A stretch of 64,000 bases of DNA, from positions 704,001 to 768,000 of the forward strand of contig OY821645.1 in the NCBI GenBank assembly GCA_963682135.1. Reading direction: 5' to 3'. Below the pieces are notes generated by a model. The model worked only from the letters and a program-made list of their open reading frames with translations, was not told where the DNA came from and did not search any database. This document shows positions 31,108 through 41,596 of this stretch, piece after piece; within the stretch, counting starts at the first letter, position 1, and the number at the start of each line of letters is the position of its first letter. A program made the translations under genes and the position numbers. Source of the stretch: Methanothrix sp. Lineage in GTDB: Archaea; Halobacteriota; Methanosarcinia; Methanotrichales; Methanotrichaceae.

Positions 31108-32337
31108 TCAGGCCCGCAAGAGTTCGATTAAAAATCTCGCGAATCCATTCAGGTCTGCTACGCGAACATTCTCGTTCAGGCCGTGGATATTGCTCTCCAG
31201 CTGCCGGCCCACCCCAAAGACACAGGTGGGAATGCCGGTCTTCTCTGTGGCATAAGCCTGATCAAGGCTGCCCTGCGCTCCGGAGAGTCGGGGGAAAAAG
31301 CCCATTCCCCTCTTCACTGCCTCCCTCACCTCCCAGACCCAGGGGTGATCCGGGTTGACGCTCATAGGCGGATAGCCGGGATAAAACTTGATATCAAAGT
31401 CGACATCCAGCGGTTTCAGGGTCCTCTCGATCTCCGCCATGGCCTCATCCATGCTCTCTTCCGGTATCACCCGCCGGTCGCCGCGCAGATTGCACCTATC
31501 CGGCACAATGTTCTCCTTGATGCCCCCATTGATCATAGTAATATTGAGGATGGGCATGAGGTTTTTCTTTCCAACGGCCTCCAGGGCGGAGCTGGCAGGC
31601 AGAAGAGACCGTCTGGCCTGCACCACTTTCTTGAGGTCCATGAGCGCGTTCATGATGGGTATGGATCTTTCCACAGCATTTATCCCCAGGAAACTGGAGC
31701 CGCTGTGCACAGAATTGCCATGGACGACCAAATCCCAGTGTATGATGCCGTTGCTGCCTATCACCACATCATCAGAGAAGCCGTCCATGCAGAGCATCAG
31801 ATCCCCTTTTACCAATCCCAAATCGGTGAGATAACACAGGCCGGAATAGCCGCCCACCTCTTCGTCCGTAGTTAAGAGAACAGAGAGATTGTACTTGGGC
31901 TTGCCACTCTCCAGGAGTGCTTTTAGGGCAGCAATTAATGCGGCAATCGACCCCTTGCAATCGGAGACACCCCGCCCATAGACTCTTGCGTTCTTGACCA
32001 TTGCCAGGAATGGATCGCTATCCCAGGCACCTTCTGCCGGCACCACATCCAGATGGGCATAGATCACCAGCGTCTTCTCTGCTCCCGCGAAAAAGTCGGC
32101 GCGCAGGTTGTAGCGATCGCCCACAAGCCGCCGGTCACTGCATTTTGTCTCAAAAACCTCCTCGGGCATAACCATTTTTTGCGTGGCAAAGCCCATCCCT
32201 TGAAATATAGGGACGAGCCAGTCCACGATCTCCTCATAATTACTGCCCGGAGGGGCGACTGTCTTAAAACTGATGATTTTTTTTAGCAAATCCATGAGAT
32301 AATTGGCATCGGGCGATGGGATAATATCGGACATCAT
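31108..32337 (-). CDS. M20 family metallopeptidase (ArgE/DapE-like)
   Basis: AHLDVVP, YGRGVSDCKG, DEEVGG, NIHGLNE. Confidence 0.88.
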   Translation of the reverse strand: MMSDIIPSPDANYLMDLLKKIISFKTVAPPGSNYEEIVDWLVPIFQGMGFATQKMVMPEEVFETKCSDRRLVGDRYNLRADFFAGAEKTLVIYAHLDVVPAEGAWDSDPFLAMVKNARVYGRGVSDCKGSIAALIAALKALLESGKPKYNLSVLLTTDEEVGGYSGLCYLTDLGLVKGDLMLCMDGFSDDVVIGSNGIIHWDLVVHGNSVHSGSSFLGINAVERSIPIMNALMDLKKVVQARRSLLPASSALEAVGKKNLMPILNITMINGGIKENIVPDRCNLRGDRRVIPEESMDEAMAEIERTLKPLDVDFDIKFYPGYPPMSVNPDHPWVWEVREAVKRGMGFFPRLSGAQGSLDQAYATEKTGIPTCVFGVGRQLESNIHGLNENVRVADLNGFARFLIELLRA

Positions 32338-32378
32338 GCATTCCTTCTATAATCTGGACTTAAATGCTTTGTGAGATC

Positions 32379-33911
32379 TTATGCGAGGATATTGAACAAT
32401 TCGTCTCTGATCAGGCTCTTTCCATCAATTGCTTTCGGCTGAGGAATATGGAGGAGCTGCAATACCGTGGGCGCAATATCCGCCAGAATACCGTCCCCGC
32501 GAAGGCCATACTTCTGGCCGTCGTTTATTATCAGCGTGAAGGGCACAGGATTGGTAGTATGAGCCGTATGCGGCTGTCCGGTTGTCAGATCGATCATCTT
32601 CTCGGCATTGCCGTGATCTGCGGTGAGCAGCACAGCGCCACCCTTTTTGAGAATCTCATCTACGACTGCGCCCACGCAGCCGTCCACCACCTCAACCGCT
32701 TTCACAGCAGCTTCGAATATGCCGGTGTGGCCCACCATATCGGGATTGGCAAAATTGAGAACGATAAGGTCATACTTGCCGCAATCGATGCGCCCGATCA
32801 CCTCGTCCCTGACCTGCAAGGCGCTCATCTGCGGCATCAGGTCGTAGGTGGCTACTTTTGGAGAAGGTACGAGGCACCGGTCTTCTCCAGGGTTGGGCTC
32901 TTCCTTTCCGCCGTTAAAAAAGTATGTGACATGAGCATATTTCTCTGTCTCGGCTATGCGTAGCTGTGTGAGGCCCGCTCTGCTGATAACCTGGCCGAGA
33001 GTGTCGTCCAGGTTTTGCGCCGGAAAGGCGATAGGCACGTTTAGCGTGGCATCGTACTGGGTCATGCAGGTGTAAAAAACCCGGATCGGTTTGGTGGCAA
33101 AGCCCTGAAATTCCTTATCCACAAAGGCTCTGGTGATCTCTCGCGCCCTGTCGGGCCGGAAATTGAAGAATATGATGCTGTCGCCATCCTGGACCAGACC
33201 CTTATCATCGACCAGGGTGGGTAGGAGAAATTCGTCATTCTCGCCTCGCAGGTAGCCGTTTTCCACAGCATCCCTGGCGGAGGCGGCCCGCAGACCAACT
33301 CCCTCGGTAAGGCAGCGATAGGCCTTCTCGACTCTCTCCCAGCGTTTGTCTCTGTCCATGGTGTAGTAGCGACCCGAGACAGTAGCCACCTTGCCAGTGC
33401 CGATCTGCCGCAGCTTCTCTTCCAGATCCTGCAAATAGGTGAGCGCGCTTCTGGGAGGCACGTCCCTGCCATCCAAAACGACGTGCACATAAACATTCAC
33501 CAGGCCCATCTTCCTGCACATCTCCAGGAGCGCGTAAAGATGGGTATTGTGGCTGTGCACTCCGCCGTCAGAGAGAAGGCCAATCAGATGAAGCCGGGAG
33601 CCTCTTGATTTTTCCATTGACCCCAGCAATACCTCGTTCTCGGCGATTGTGCCCTGCTCAACTGCCAGGCTGATTCGAGTATAGTCCTGGTAGACGATAC
33701 GACCGCCTCCTATGTTGAGATGTCCCACCTCTGAATTGCCCATCTGGCCGCGCGGCAATCCCACGGCCAGGCCCGAAGCGGCAAGAGTGGTCGTCGGGTA
33801 ATTCTTCCAGAATCGATCCAGGTTGGGCTTATGCGCCTTGGCTATGGCATTGCCCTCAACTATTGGGCTTATACCGAAGCCGTCCATGATTATGATTGCT
33901 AAGGGCTTCAT
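32379..33911 (-). CDS. gpmI: 2,3-bisphosphoglycerate-independent phosphoglycerate mutase
   Basis: GQMGNSEVGH, SDGGVHSH, AETEKYAHVT, NPDMVGHTG, TADHGNAE. Confidence 0.95.
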   Translation of the reverse strand: MKPLAIIIMDGFGISPIVEGNAIAKAHKPNLDRFWKNYPTTTLAASGLAVGLPRGQMGNSEVGHLNIGGGRIVYQDYTRISLAVEQGTIAENEVLLGSMEKSRGSRLHLIGLLSDGGVHSHNTHLYALLEMCRKMGLVNVYVHVVLDGRDVPPRSALTYLQDLEEKLRQIGTGKVATVSGRYYTMDRDKRWERVEKAYRCLTEGVGLRAASARDAVENGYLRGENDEFLLPTLVDDKGLVQDGDSIIFFNFRPDRAREITRAFVDKEFQGFATKPIRVFYTCMTQYDATLNVPIAFPAQNLDDTLGQVISRAGLTQLRIAETEKYAHVTYFFNGGKEEPNPGEDRCLVPSPKVATYDLMPQMSALQVRDEVIGRIDCGKYDLIVLNFANPDMVGHTGIFEAAVKAVEVVDGCVGAVVDEILKKGGAVLLTADHGNAEKMIDLTTGQPHTAHTTNPVPFTLIINDGQKYGLRGDGILADIAPTVLQLLHIPQPKAIDGKSLIRDELFNILA

Positions 33912-33940
33912 CTCAGGGTCGTATAGTAGCAGCGAATATA

Positions 33941-34585
33941 TTAGATCTGCTCTTTGAAACCCTCTTTTCCAATGAGCGGAACGAAGATCACGCCCATCTT
34001 CTCCTCAATAGAAAAACCGTTCTTTCTTGTCACCAGATAGAGATCCTGATAGTCCCGGCCCACGGGCAGGACCATCTTGCCGCCCACCTTCAGTTGCTGC
34101 TTGAGAGGCTCGGGCACCTTGGGGGCGGCGGCTGCCACGCTTATGCGATCGTAAGGTGCATGCTCCGCCAGGCCGAGGCTTCCATCAGCCTCGATCATGG
34201 TCACATTTGCTATGCCGGCACGTTCCAGATTCCACCTGGCCGCAGCCACCAGCTCCGGCTTGCGCTCCACAGAGAATACCATTCCATTGGGGCCTACCAT
34301 TTCCGCCATCACCGCGGCATGATAGCCGCTGCCGCCGCCTACCTCCAGGACGGTCATTCCCGGCTGCAGATCGAGAAGATCGCACATTATGGCTACCATG
34401 TGAGGGGCGGAGATGGTCTGGTCCAGTCCGATGGGAAGGGGTGTGTCCTCGTACGCCCGGCTCTTGAGTGCAACCGGCAGGAAGAGCTCTCTGGGAATGC
34501 GGGACATGGCTGCTATGACGGATTCTTTTACGTTGCCCCGCAGGCTGTCCAGGAGCTCTTCTCGGTTCAAAGCTCTCGACCCCAT
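33941..34585 (-). CDS. pcm: Protein-L-isoaspartate O-methyltransferase
   Basis: QTISAPHMVA, LEVGGGSGYHAA, APYDRI, FVPLIG. Confidence 0.92.
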   Translation of the reverse strand: MGSRALNREELLDSLRGNVKESVIAAMSRIPRELFLPVALKSRAYEDTPLPIGLDQTISAPHMVAIMCDLLDLQPGMTVLEVGGGSGYHAAVMAEMVGPNGMVFSVERKPELVAAARWNLERAGIANVTMIEADGSLGLAEHAPYDRISVAAAAPKVPEPLKQQLKVGGKMVLPVGRDYQDLYLVTRKNGFSIEEKMGVIFVPLIGKEGFKEQI

Positions 34586-35130
34586 ACCCTCTGTATGTCT
34601 TTGGCTTCGGCCATATCGGCAAAGCCTTCGCCGCGCAGCTTCATCTTAACGATGACGAATTTGAAGCCTTCCACTTTTCTGGCTTCCCCAACTTCAAAGA
34701 CCTCATCGCCGGCTACGTTGATTTTGAGCGAATGAGTCTTGCCGTTTCGATAGACGGAGATTTTAAGGGGCACATTATCCGTGGCCCGGGCCCAGACAGT
34801 CAATACCTTCTCAGCCGGAGCGCTGCTGACCCTGCGATCGGTCTCCAGAGATGCGATCTCTGTCATGACCACATCTTTAGAAGGATCGTCCACCAGGAGT
34901 TCATCTCCGACGCACAGCATCTCTTTAGCCGGGATTTTGATGTAGTATGGCGAAGATTGCTCGTCGTCGCTCACAATGACTTTGAGATTGACCAGCCGCT
35001 CGCGTTCTACCTGAACGGAATGAACCGTCTCGCACTCAACACAGCGCACTAGATTCTCCTGGCCGGATTTGATCAATGTATGCTCTGTATCGGCACCACA
35101 GGTAGGACAGAAGATCTGATCATCAAGCAT
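34567..35130 (-). CDS. Archaeal Zn-finger protein (HVO_0476-like)
   Basis: CPTC...H...VRCVEC..VH; TVWAR; typically adjacent to pcm. Confidence 0.8.
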   Translation of the reverse strand: MLDDQIFCPTCGADTEHTLIKSGQENLVRCVECETVHSVQVERERLVNLKVIVSDDEQSSPYYIKIPAKEMLCVGDELLVDDPSKDVVMTEIASLETDRRVSSAPAEKVLTVWARATDNVPLKISVYRNGKTHSLKINVAGDEVFEVGEARKVEGFKFVIVKMKLRGEGFADMAEAKDIQRVWGREL

Positions 35131-35307
35131 AGCATAATATTATTCCACAGAGTATTTAAAGTATGGCGGCCTGCCGCTCACTTCTCCCGTCCGGCGGCGC
35201 AGATGATGCCAGGCAAAGCCGGAGTTGATTGATTTTTTAGATTTCACAAGAATCGCATATTTTTAGAGAGGGAAAAATTTTTTAATGAAGACAGAATATC
35301 AGTACGT

Positions 35308-35517
35308 ATGAAAGAAGTTATTAAAGAGAATGACCATTCCCCGGATCACGGGATGGACGAATGCTGCAACATTGCCGAGAGCATGATCGAGGAGATTCAT
35401 CAGATCGCATTGCCTGGTTTTTCCATGTCCGCCTCAGCTAACGGAAGGCATAAGGGCTCGCTTAAAGAAAGGCTTCTTCGCCAGATAAAAGCGGCGAGAA
35501 AGGTGGCGATGGTATGA
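35308..35517 (+). CDS. Small hypothetical protein
   Basis: 69-aa ATG ORF after an AT-rich promoter-like tract; no recognised motif. Confidence 0.45.
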   Translation: MKEVIKENDHSPDHGMDECCNIAESMIEEIHQIALPGFSMSASANGRHKGSLKERLLRQIKAARKVAMV

Positions 35518-35646
35518 TTATCAGGATATATCAGGATAATTCTCCCAGGATCAAAAATTCAAATCGATAAAAATTATTTTTAGTATGTAAGGCGCATTTT
35601 TAATTACGCGAAAACTATTTATATTAATCTAGTTACTAATTTAGTT

Positions 35647-36336
35647 GTGGACACTGACTCTAAAGCCTGTTCTATCCCGCAATCGTGCTCTGAGGTGGAG
35701 GTAGACCTCAAGAGGCTGGACCGCATGCTTCAGGCAGCCCACCGAAGTTCTATCGACATAAAAGATAGCTACGATTTTTACGTTCTGGCTCTAAAGGAGT
35801 TTAATAAAGAAAACCTCTCCGAGTCGTACCTTTACTGCGATCGGGCCAAGTACGAGCTTACCTCGGCCATCAACGATGCCAAGATCAAGATCAAAGGCTC
35901 CCGATTTCACAGCCTGAGGACCCTCTCCTACTTCTTCAAGCTCTACGGGCTTTATGCCGTGTTCTTTGCGGCTATCGCCACCGTGCTCTTCAGCTTCCTG
36001 ATCACCAGATTCTCAGAGATAAGCGTTCTGGGCGTGCCCCTCTGGTCCTCGTTCTTCGCGGGCCTGGGCTCCTCGGCCCAGATACTGACGGGAATTGCCG
36101 ACGACCTGCGCCGCTATGGCATGGCCTCGCGCTACAAGAGGCTCTGGTACATGGCATTGCCGCTACTGGCCATGGTATTCGGCTACATGGCCTATCTCTT
36201 TGTCAGCTCCGGCTTCATTGCCCAGGACGGCGGCACAGAGAGCCGGGAGTTTTCCATCATGTTCGTCTGCTTCCTGACCGGGTTTCTCACCAAGTGGTTG
36301 ATCGGCAGGCTGTCGCGAATGTCAAGGGATATTTGA
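35647..36336 (+). CDS. Hypothetical membrane protein
   Basis: Helical N-terminus followed by about four TM segments; host-like codon usage. Confidence 0.75.
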   Translation: MDTDSKACSIPQSCSEVEVDLKRLDRMLQAAHRSSIDIKDSYDFYVLALKEFNKENLSESYLYCDRAKYELTSAINDAKIKIKGSRFHSLRTLSYFFKLYGLYAVFFAAIATVLFSFLITRFSEISVLGVPLWSSFFAGLGSSAQILTGIADDLRRYGMASRYKRLWYMALPLLAMVFGYMAYLFVSSGFIAQDGGTESREFSIMFVCFLTGFLTKWLIGRLSRMSRDI

Positions 36337-36452
36337 ATTTGCGCCGTTCGGATTTAGTCTATTTTTGGATTCCTGGCTGGTTTTCTGATCGCTATCTTTT
36401 TGAGAGTCCAATACACACTCACTTCAGGTTCAGGGAAAAGAGTGATTGGAAT

Positions 36453-36683
36453 ATGTCCTACGGCAAGATTCTTATGAAGGAAGGCGAGACGGTGGTTTCG
36501 ATTGAGCTTTAAGATGCGGAAAGCTATCGAGGAATTCTAGGGTTCATGGATGAGCTGAAGAGGAAGTTCAGCGAGAACATGGCTTTAATCGAGCAGATCG
36601 CCAGGAACTCCCACGTCGAATATGTGAAGAGCCTGCCCAAAGAGCTTAAGCTTGACTTTGGTTGCATTCTGATTCATGGCTAA
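36453..36683 (+). pseudogene. Possible small gene interrupted by an in-frame TAA
   Basis: MSYGKILMKEGETVVSIEL*DAESYRGILGFMDELKRKFSENMALIEQIARNSHVEYVKSLPKELKLDF...; stop at 36510-36512. Confidence 0.35.
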
Positions 36684-37662
36684 GCTAACGTTAGATTATA
36701 TTAGGAGCAACAAAGTTGCAAGTCTTATGGATCGCGAATATAGGAATACTGCTCTAACTATTATCGGTGCTATAATTATTTCTTTAATTATATCGCTTGC
36801 ATTAACGGTTTCCGTGGTCCCGACTTATCTTCATGCGACCAACAGAGCAGTTAACATCTTTGACTTTTATGATCGTATTGAATATAATAATATATATTTT
36901 ATTGGATCTAGTCAGATCGGCTCTGATGTCGATCCCCGCATGATAGGGCAGGATGTATATAATTTAGGATCGTCGGGTGACACTCCTTTACGAAGGTTGA
37001 TTGAGCTGAATCAGCTCATAAAAACCGAACCCAAAACCGTTATAATCGGATTGTCTTATTTTGGGCTAAACGACTCATCAGTGATCGTCCTACAAGGAGA
37101 TTATATTGCACCAGTAGCAGATAAAATCAAATTGAATTCAAGTTCAAGAGAATTTTTTACTGAAGAAGAATTAAAACTAATTGACGCAAATCCAATTCAT
37201 TATAATAGAAAATTCATCCGTAATGTACTTGGTCAGCGTATTGGACTTAGTCAGGGTAGACTGAGCTCCTGGAATGTGACCAATTTTACCATACCTGAAA
37301 ATCATGCACACAACTGTACTTACGAGGAACTTATTGAAAAGCTTAAAGACGAAATACAGATAGATGGTTTTGTGGTGTCAGAAAAAGACTGTGGACAAAA
37401 GAATGCATTAAATTACACAATCTGCGAATTGCAAAAAACTGGCATACAGGTAATGGTTATCAATATGCCATTGAACTCACTTCTTTCGGCAAAGATCTCA
37501 AATGATACAAGAAAGAACTATTTCAATTTCTTAAATTATACGGGTGTTAAATATTATGATTTTGAGACGTCCTGCTCGGATGAGTATTTTGCAGACCTTA
37601 CCCATCTAAACAATGCGGGTAGAAAGCATTTTACGGAGCTATTATGTCCAATCGTTCAATAG
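36676..37662 (+). CDS. SGNH-like (DltD/AlgJ-type) membrane-anchored acyltransferase/esterase
   Basis: N-terminal TM helix, FIGSSQ, YNLG, FADLTHLN (DxxH); AT-rich; overlaps the MBOAT gene. Confidence 0.75.
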   Translation: MAKLTLDYIRSNKVASLMDREYRNTALTIIGAIIISLIISLALTVSVVPTYLHATNRAVNIFDFYDRIEYNNIYFIGSSQIGSDVDPRMIGQDVYNLGSSGDTPLRRLIELNQLIKTEPKTVIIGLSYFGLNDSSVIVLQGDYIAPVADKIKLNSSSREFFTEEELKLIDANPIHYNRKFIRNVLGQRIGLSQGRLSSWNVTNFTIPENHAHNCTYEELIEKLKDEIQIDGFVVSEKDCGQKNALNYTICELQKTGIQVMVINMPLNSLLSAKISNDTRKNYFNFLNYTGVKYYDFETSCSDEYFADLTHLNNAGRKHFTELLCPIVQ

Positions 37663-38915
37663 CTTTCTTCTTACTGTTGGTTAGCTATGCTTTCTATTGG
37701 GGCATTGCTGGAAATTATATAGCGTGTCTTATATTTGTATCTATGCTCACGTGGTATTGCGGAAGAAAAATTAACCGACATCCTGAGTGCAAGAATGGAT
37801 ATCTATATCTTGCAATATTTGGAGCTATTGGACAGTTAGTATTATTTAAATTTAGTGGAATTCTCCCATCTATTCCGCTTGGTCTATCATTCTATACATT
37901 AGCAAGTATTACTTATGTGTTCGATATATATAGGGGCAAATTAGGACCCGCTCACTCTATTTGGGAATATGCTCTTTTTGTATCCTTTTTCCCTTTGATA
38001 ACATCAGGACCGATAGCACGTGCAAGAGAATTATTGCCCCAATTCAACGCTATGGCTCTAAGATCTGAAGATCTGCGTTATGGTGCGACCTTAATAGCAA
38101 TTGGACTTGTCAAAAAATTTGCTTTAGCAGATAATATAGCAATCTACTTAGATCCTTTCTTTCTAAATCCACAAAATCATGACTCCGCCGCTATCATCCT
38201 AGCTATATTTGCCTTTGGTATACAGCTTTACTTGGATTTCTCAGGATATAGTGACATCGCCATAGGCAGTGCCAGGGTATTGGGGTTCAAGATACCACCT
38301 AACTTCAATATCCCCTACCTAGCCGCAAATCCGTCTGAGTTCTGGCATCGGTGGAATATCTCATTATCCTCTTTCCTTAGAGATTATCTATACATCCCAT
38401 TAGGTGGAAACCGAAAGGGCAATCTGAGGACTTATCTGAATATGATCCTTACAATGGTCCTCTGTGGTCTCTGGCATGGGGCTACCTGGAACTTTGTTAT
38501 TTGGGGAGCATATCATGGAGGACTCCTGACCGCCCACAGATTAATTGGCGATAGCTTAGGAAATAGGTTTAAAGATCGTTTTTGGGCGATCCCTAAAGTT
38601 TTTGCAACGCAGTATTTTGTTTTCTTAGGTTGGCTATTTTTCCGCATAAGTGATTTAGACAACTTGACTTTTTGCTTGAGTAAATTCTTATTCTTCGATA
38701 TCAGCGATTTTATGCGGTTTAGTAAGATATTTCTATTGACCCCAATTATACTGCTTATAATATTATATAAAGATAAGATACTTTCAATAGATTGGATTAA
38801 AATGATCACCTTATTTAAATTAAGATACTGGATCCTTTTCTTGATTACTGCGATTTTATTAGTGATATTGCTTGCCCCAAGTTCTCATCCGACTTTCATA
38901 TATCAAGCATTTTAA
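37644..38915 (+). CDS. MBOAT O-acyltransferase (AlgI/DltB family)
   Basis: PLGLSFYT, FFPLITSGPIAR, YLDFSGYSDIAIG, FWHRWNISLSSFLRDYLYIPLGG, GLWHGA. Confidence 0.93.
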   Translation: MSNRSIAFFLLLVSYAFYWGIAGNYIACLIFVSMLTWYCGRKINRHPECKNGYLYLAIFGAIGQLVLFKFSGILPSIPLGLSFYTLASITYVFDIYRGKLGPAHSIWEYALFVSFFPLITSGPIARARELLPQFNAMALRSEDLRYGATLIAIGLVKKFALADNIAIYLDPFFLNPQNHDSAAIILAIFAFGIQLYLDFSGYSDIAIGSARVLGFKIPPNFNIPYLAANPSEFWHRWNISLSSFLRDYLYIPLGGNRKGNLRTYLNMILTMVLCGLWHGATWNFVIWGAYHGGLLTAHRLIGDSLGNRFKDRFWAIPKVFATQYFVFLGWLFFRISDLDNLTFCLSKFLFFDISDFMRFSKIFLLTPIILLIILYKDKILSIDWIKMITLFKLRYWILFLITAILLVILLAPSSHPTFIYQAF

Positions 38916-38926
38916 AAAATTTAAAT

Positions 38927-39922
38927 CTAGCACGGCACCGCCACGTAGATGTTGTGCTTGTTGCTCACAATCTGCACCCGCACGCTGCCCTGCTTGATGG
39001 AGCAGTCCATCACCGAGACCACCCGGTTTTTGGCGACGCCCAGCATCTCCCCGCTCACCCAGCCGGGGGCCTTGATCTCCACCCATGTCTTCTCCTTCTT
39101 CTCAAAAACCGTGGGGATAGTGGGCCGCTTCTCAATCTTGAAATCCTGGGCCTTGAGGCGGAGCGGTATGGAGAACTGCTTCTCCCACCCGGCCATGCTG
39201 CGATTGTAAAACTGCCACCAGTTCTGGGCCTTGACCTTGCCTGGCGAGCGGCCCAGCCGGTAGTGCTCAAACTTCTGGATGCCTAGAGGTGGCCACCTCT
39301 TTCCCGCCCCGATCTGCTGGGCGAAACGGATCAGCTCCGGCATATCCTCGTCGTTTATGCCCGGAATCAAGACCGGCGCAATTAGAAGGCCGATCTTGCT
39401 CTGCGCAATGCTCTTTGCTGCCTGCTTTATCTTCTCGATGTCAAAGCCGGGCATGCCCGCCAGGAAGGCGGCCTTCTCCGGCTGCAGAGAATGAATGGAG
39501 AGGTTGATCCGGTCCAGGCCGGCCTCTTCCAGGGCAGCGATTCGATCTTCATCGAGCAGGGTGCCGTTGCTCTGCATGGAGACGACGCTGACCTCTTTTA
39601 TGGCCTTGAGCTGCTTGACCAACGGCACGATATCCGGGTAAAGCATGGGCTCGCCCGGCGAGTCGATGTGGCACTCCACCCCCGGCCCTTTGAAGGGGGC
39701 GATCTCCTCCACCGCCTCCATTAGATAGTCCAGCTCCACCTGGTAGTCTGTGACTCGCGAGCGGCTGTGCGGGCCGGCATCCACTGAACAGAAGGGGCAG
39801 CTCAGGTTGCAGCCACAGCTCGGCCTGATCTGCAGAAGGCTGCTGCCCCGGTCGACCACGCCGAAGTAGATGCACCCCACCAGAGGGATGCCCGATTGAC
39901 GAGTTATGTGAAAGAGAGACAT
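38927..39922 (-). CDS. Archaeal radical SAM protein with C-terminal TRAM-like region
   Basis: CNLSCPFCSVD, GEPMLYP, MQSNG, RINLSI. Confidence 0.85.
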   Translation of the reverse strand: MSLFHITRQSGIPLVGCIYFGVVDRGSSLLQIRPSCGCNLSCPFCSVDAGPHSRSRVTDYQVELDYLMEAVEEIAPFKGPGVECHIDSPGEPMLYPDIVPLVKQLKAIKEVSVVSMQSNGTLLDEDRIAALEEAGLDRINLSIHSLQPEKAAFLAGMPGFDIEKIKQAAKSIAQSKIGLLIAPVLIPGINDEDMPELIRFAQQIGAGKRWPPLGIQKFEHYRLGRSPGKVKAQNWWQFYNRSMAGWEKQFSIPLRLKAQDFKIEKRPTIPTVFEKKEKTWVEIKAPGWVSGEMLGVAKNRVVSVMDCSIKQGSVRVQIVSNKHNIYVAVPC

Positions 39923-40030
39923 TTGAGATCCTTTGCAGCTATGAGGTTTTTACTCCCGGCTTTTATGGCTTTGCTATTGACTGATGGATCGGGTAGGGAA
40001 ATGGAAATCAATAGGAATTACAGGTGCCGG

Positions 40031-40741
40031 TTAAGATCTCCGTCCGTACGGGCAGACAAAAAGGCACATTCCGCACACTCCATACCCCGTCTTCTCTTCC
40101 AGATCCTTCAGGTACCTCTCGCACTTTCGGGCATCATATCTTGCCTCCCGCGGCTCATCTTCCCGGAAGGGCCGTCCGGTGAACGCAAACTGCGGGCAGA
40201 TTTCCACGCACTTTCGACATTCTCCGCAGCGCTCCGCCATTGCATAGCCCGTCGCTTCTAGCGGCGCGTCGGTCAGCACCGTAGCCCAGCGCACGCGCGG
40301 CCCCGCTTCTGGAGTGATAAGCAGGCAGCTCTTGCCGATCCAGCCAAGACCTGCCAGATGCGCAGCAAGCTTATGAGAGAATATGGCGGCCACTCGCTCA
40401 TCTACCACGGCACGCTTTGAGGCGGGAATTGGCAAGGCCCGGTAACCCTGGCGCTGCAACAAACTGCTGAGACGCAGGGCGATGGTGTCCAAAAGGCCGT
40501 TTACTGTGTCATAAGCGTGGTGCTTGTATTCCATCGCCACCGCCTTTTCGCTCCTTTCAGGAAGCTGGTCCACGATTGGGTTAAGCAGGGCAATTCCTAT
40601 GGAAACGGCCCTGGGATACTGGGCCAGACTCTCTTTGCCCTGCCACGCGATGAAATCATGGGCCGGCGCAAGATCTGCCACACCAAAGAAATCTGCGCCC
40701 CAATCCTCAGCGATCGCACGAATCTTGGAATCCAACTGCAT
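40031..40741 (-). CDS. QueG-like 4Fe-4S double-cluster protein
   Basis: [46 protein letters not shown]. Confidence 0.85.
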   Translation of the reverse strand: MQLDSKIRAIAEDWGADFFGVADLAPAHDFIAWQGKESLAQYPRAVSIGIALLNPIVDQLPERSEKAVAMEYKHHAYDTVNGLLDTIALRLSSLLQRQGYRALPIPASKRAVVDERVAAIFSHKLAAHLAGLGWIGKSCLLITPEAGPRVRWATVLTDAPLEATGYAMAERCGECRKCVEICPQFAFTGRPFREDEPREARYDARKCERYLKDLEEKTGYGVCGMCLFVCPYGRRS

Positions 40742-40774
40742 AGCTTGATAATTCCTCCATAGCTCAATAAATCG

Positions 40775-41212
40775 TCAGTCGGGCAGCCCACTATTCGAGG
40801 TCCTCTCTAGCTCGACCTCGTTTTCCCTGCACCATTCACGCAGGGTATCCTCCTCACGGCGGCTTTCGAAATCGTACCAGCTCTGCAAAAGGTCCCTATG
40901 CTCCAGAAGGTCTTTGAACCTGCGGTAGGCGCCGCGTCTGCTGAAGATCTCCTGGACGCGGCCTAAGTCGTCCGGCATCTGCTGCTCAACAAATTCGGCG
41001 ACAAGCTCCTGGCCTAAATCAAGCTCATTCTTGTGGGGGATCACCAGAAAATTGTCGCAGTCGAATTTGTCTTCATCCAGCTCATCGAAGACTCCGTCTT
41101 CAGAATGGTAAAATATCTCACCATTGTCCAGGCAGAGTAGCGCTCTATTCATCCCGTATCCGTCTGAACTGACGAATAGGAATGCATCATGAATCTCGTC
41201 GAAGGTGGCCAT
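40775..41212 (-). CDS. UPF0158 family protein
   Basis: GAYRRFKDLL, W..F...LREWCREN. Confidence 0.8.
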   Translation of the reverse strand: MATFDEIHDAFLFVSSDGYGMNRALLCLDNGEIFYHSEDGVFDELDEDKFDCDNFLVIPHKNELDLGQELVAEFVEQQMPDDLGRVQEIFSRRGAYRRFKDLLEHRDLLQSWYDFESRREEDTLREWCRENEVELERTSNSGLPD

Positions 41213-41227
41213 GTTTCACCTCTGAGT

Positions 41228-41578
41228 TTACAGTCCCATTATTCTCTCCAGCTCAGCCTTTCTGATCTGAAGGTCTCTCAGTCGTTGTTCAATTTCAGCG
41301 ATCTCTTTCTTGATCTTAGGCAGCTCAATTTTGCCTTTGGCTTTCGCCAGGTATTCTGCACCCAGCTCTGCCGCAATGTACTCTTCAAGCTGGCGTCTCA
41401 GAACCTTGATAAATGAATTTCCCCAAACAGAGGCGTAACGGCATTCAAGCTTGCCGGTCTCAATCCCTTTTATGGTAAAATCCTGATCTACCTTGTACTC
41501 TTTGCGTGCCGTTTTATCGCTGAGCGTGGCGCCCTTTCGATTCCATTCACCGTATTCGGCCATTTTATCCTTAATCAA
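41228..41578 (-). CDS. Hypothetical protein with C-terminal coiled coil
   Basis: WNRKGATLSDKTARKEY...GKLE; heptad-like C-terminus. Confidence 0.65.
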   Translation of the reverse strand: MIKDKMAEYGEWNRKGATLSDKTARKEYKVDQDFTIKGIETGKLECRYASVWGNSFIKVLRRQLEEYIAAELGAEYLAKAKGKIELPKIKKEIAEIEQRLRDLQIRKAELERIMGL

Positions 41579-41596
41579 TATGTCTTCTTGAAGGCA

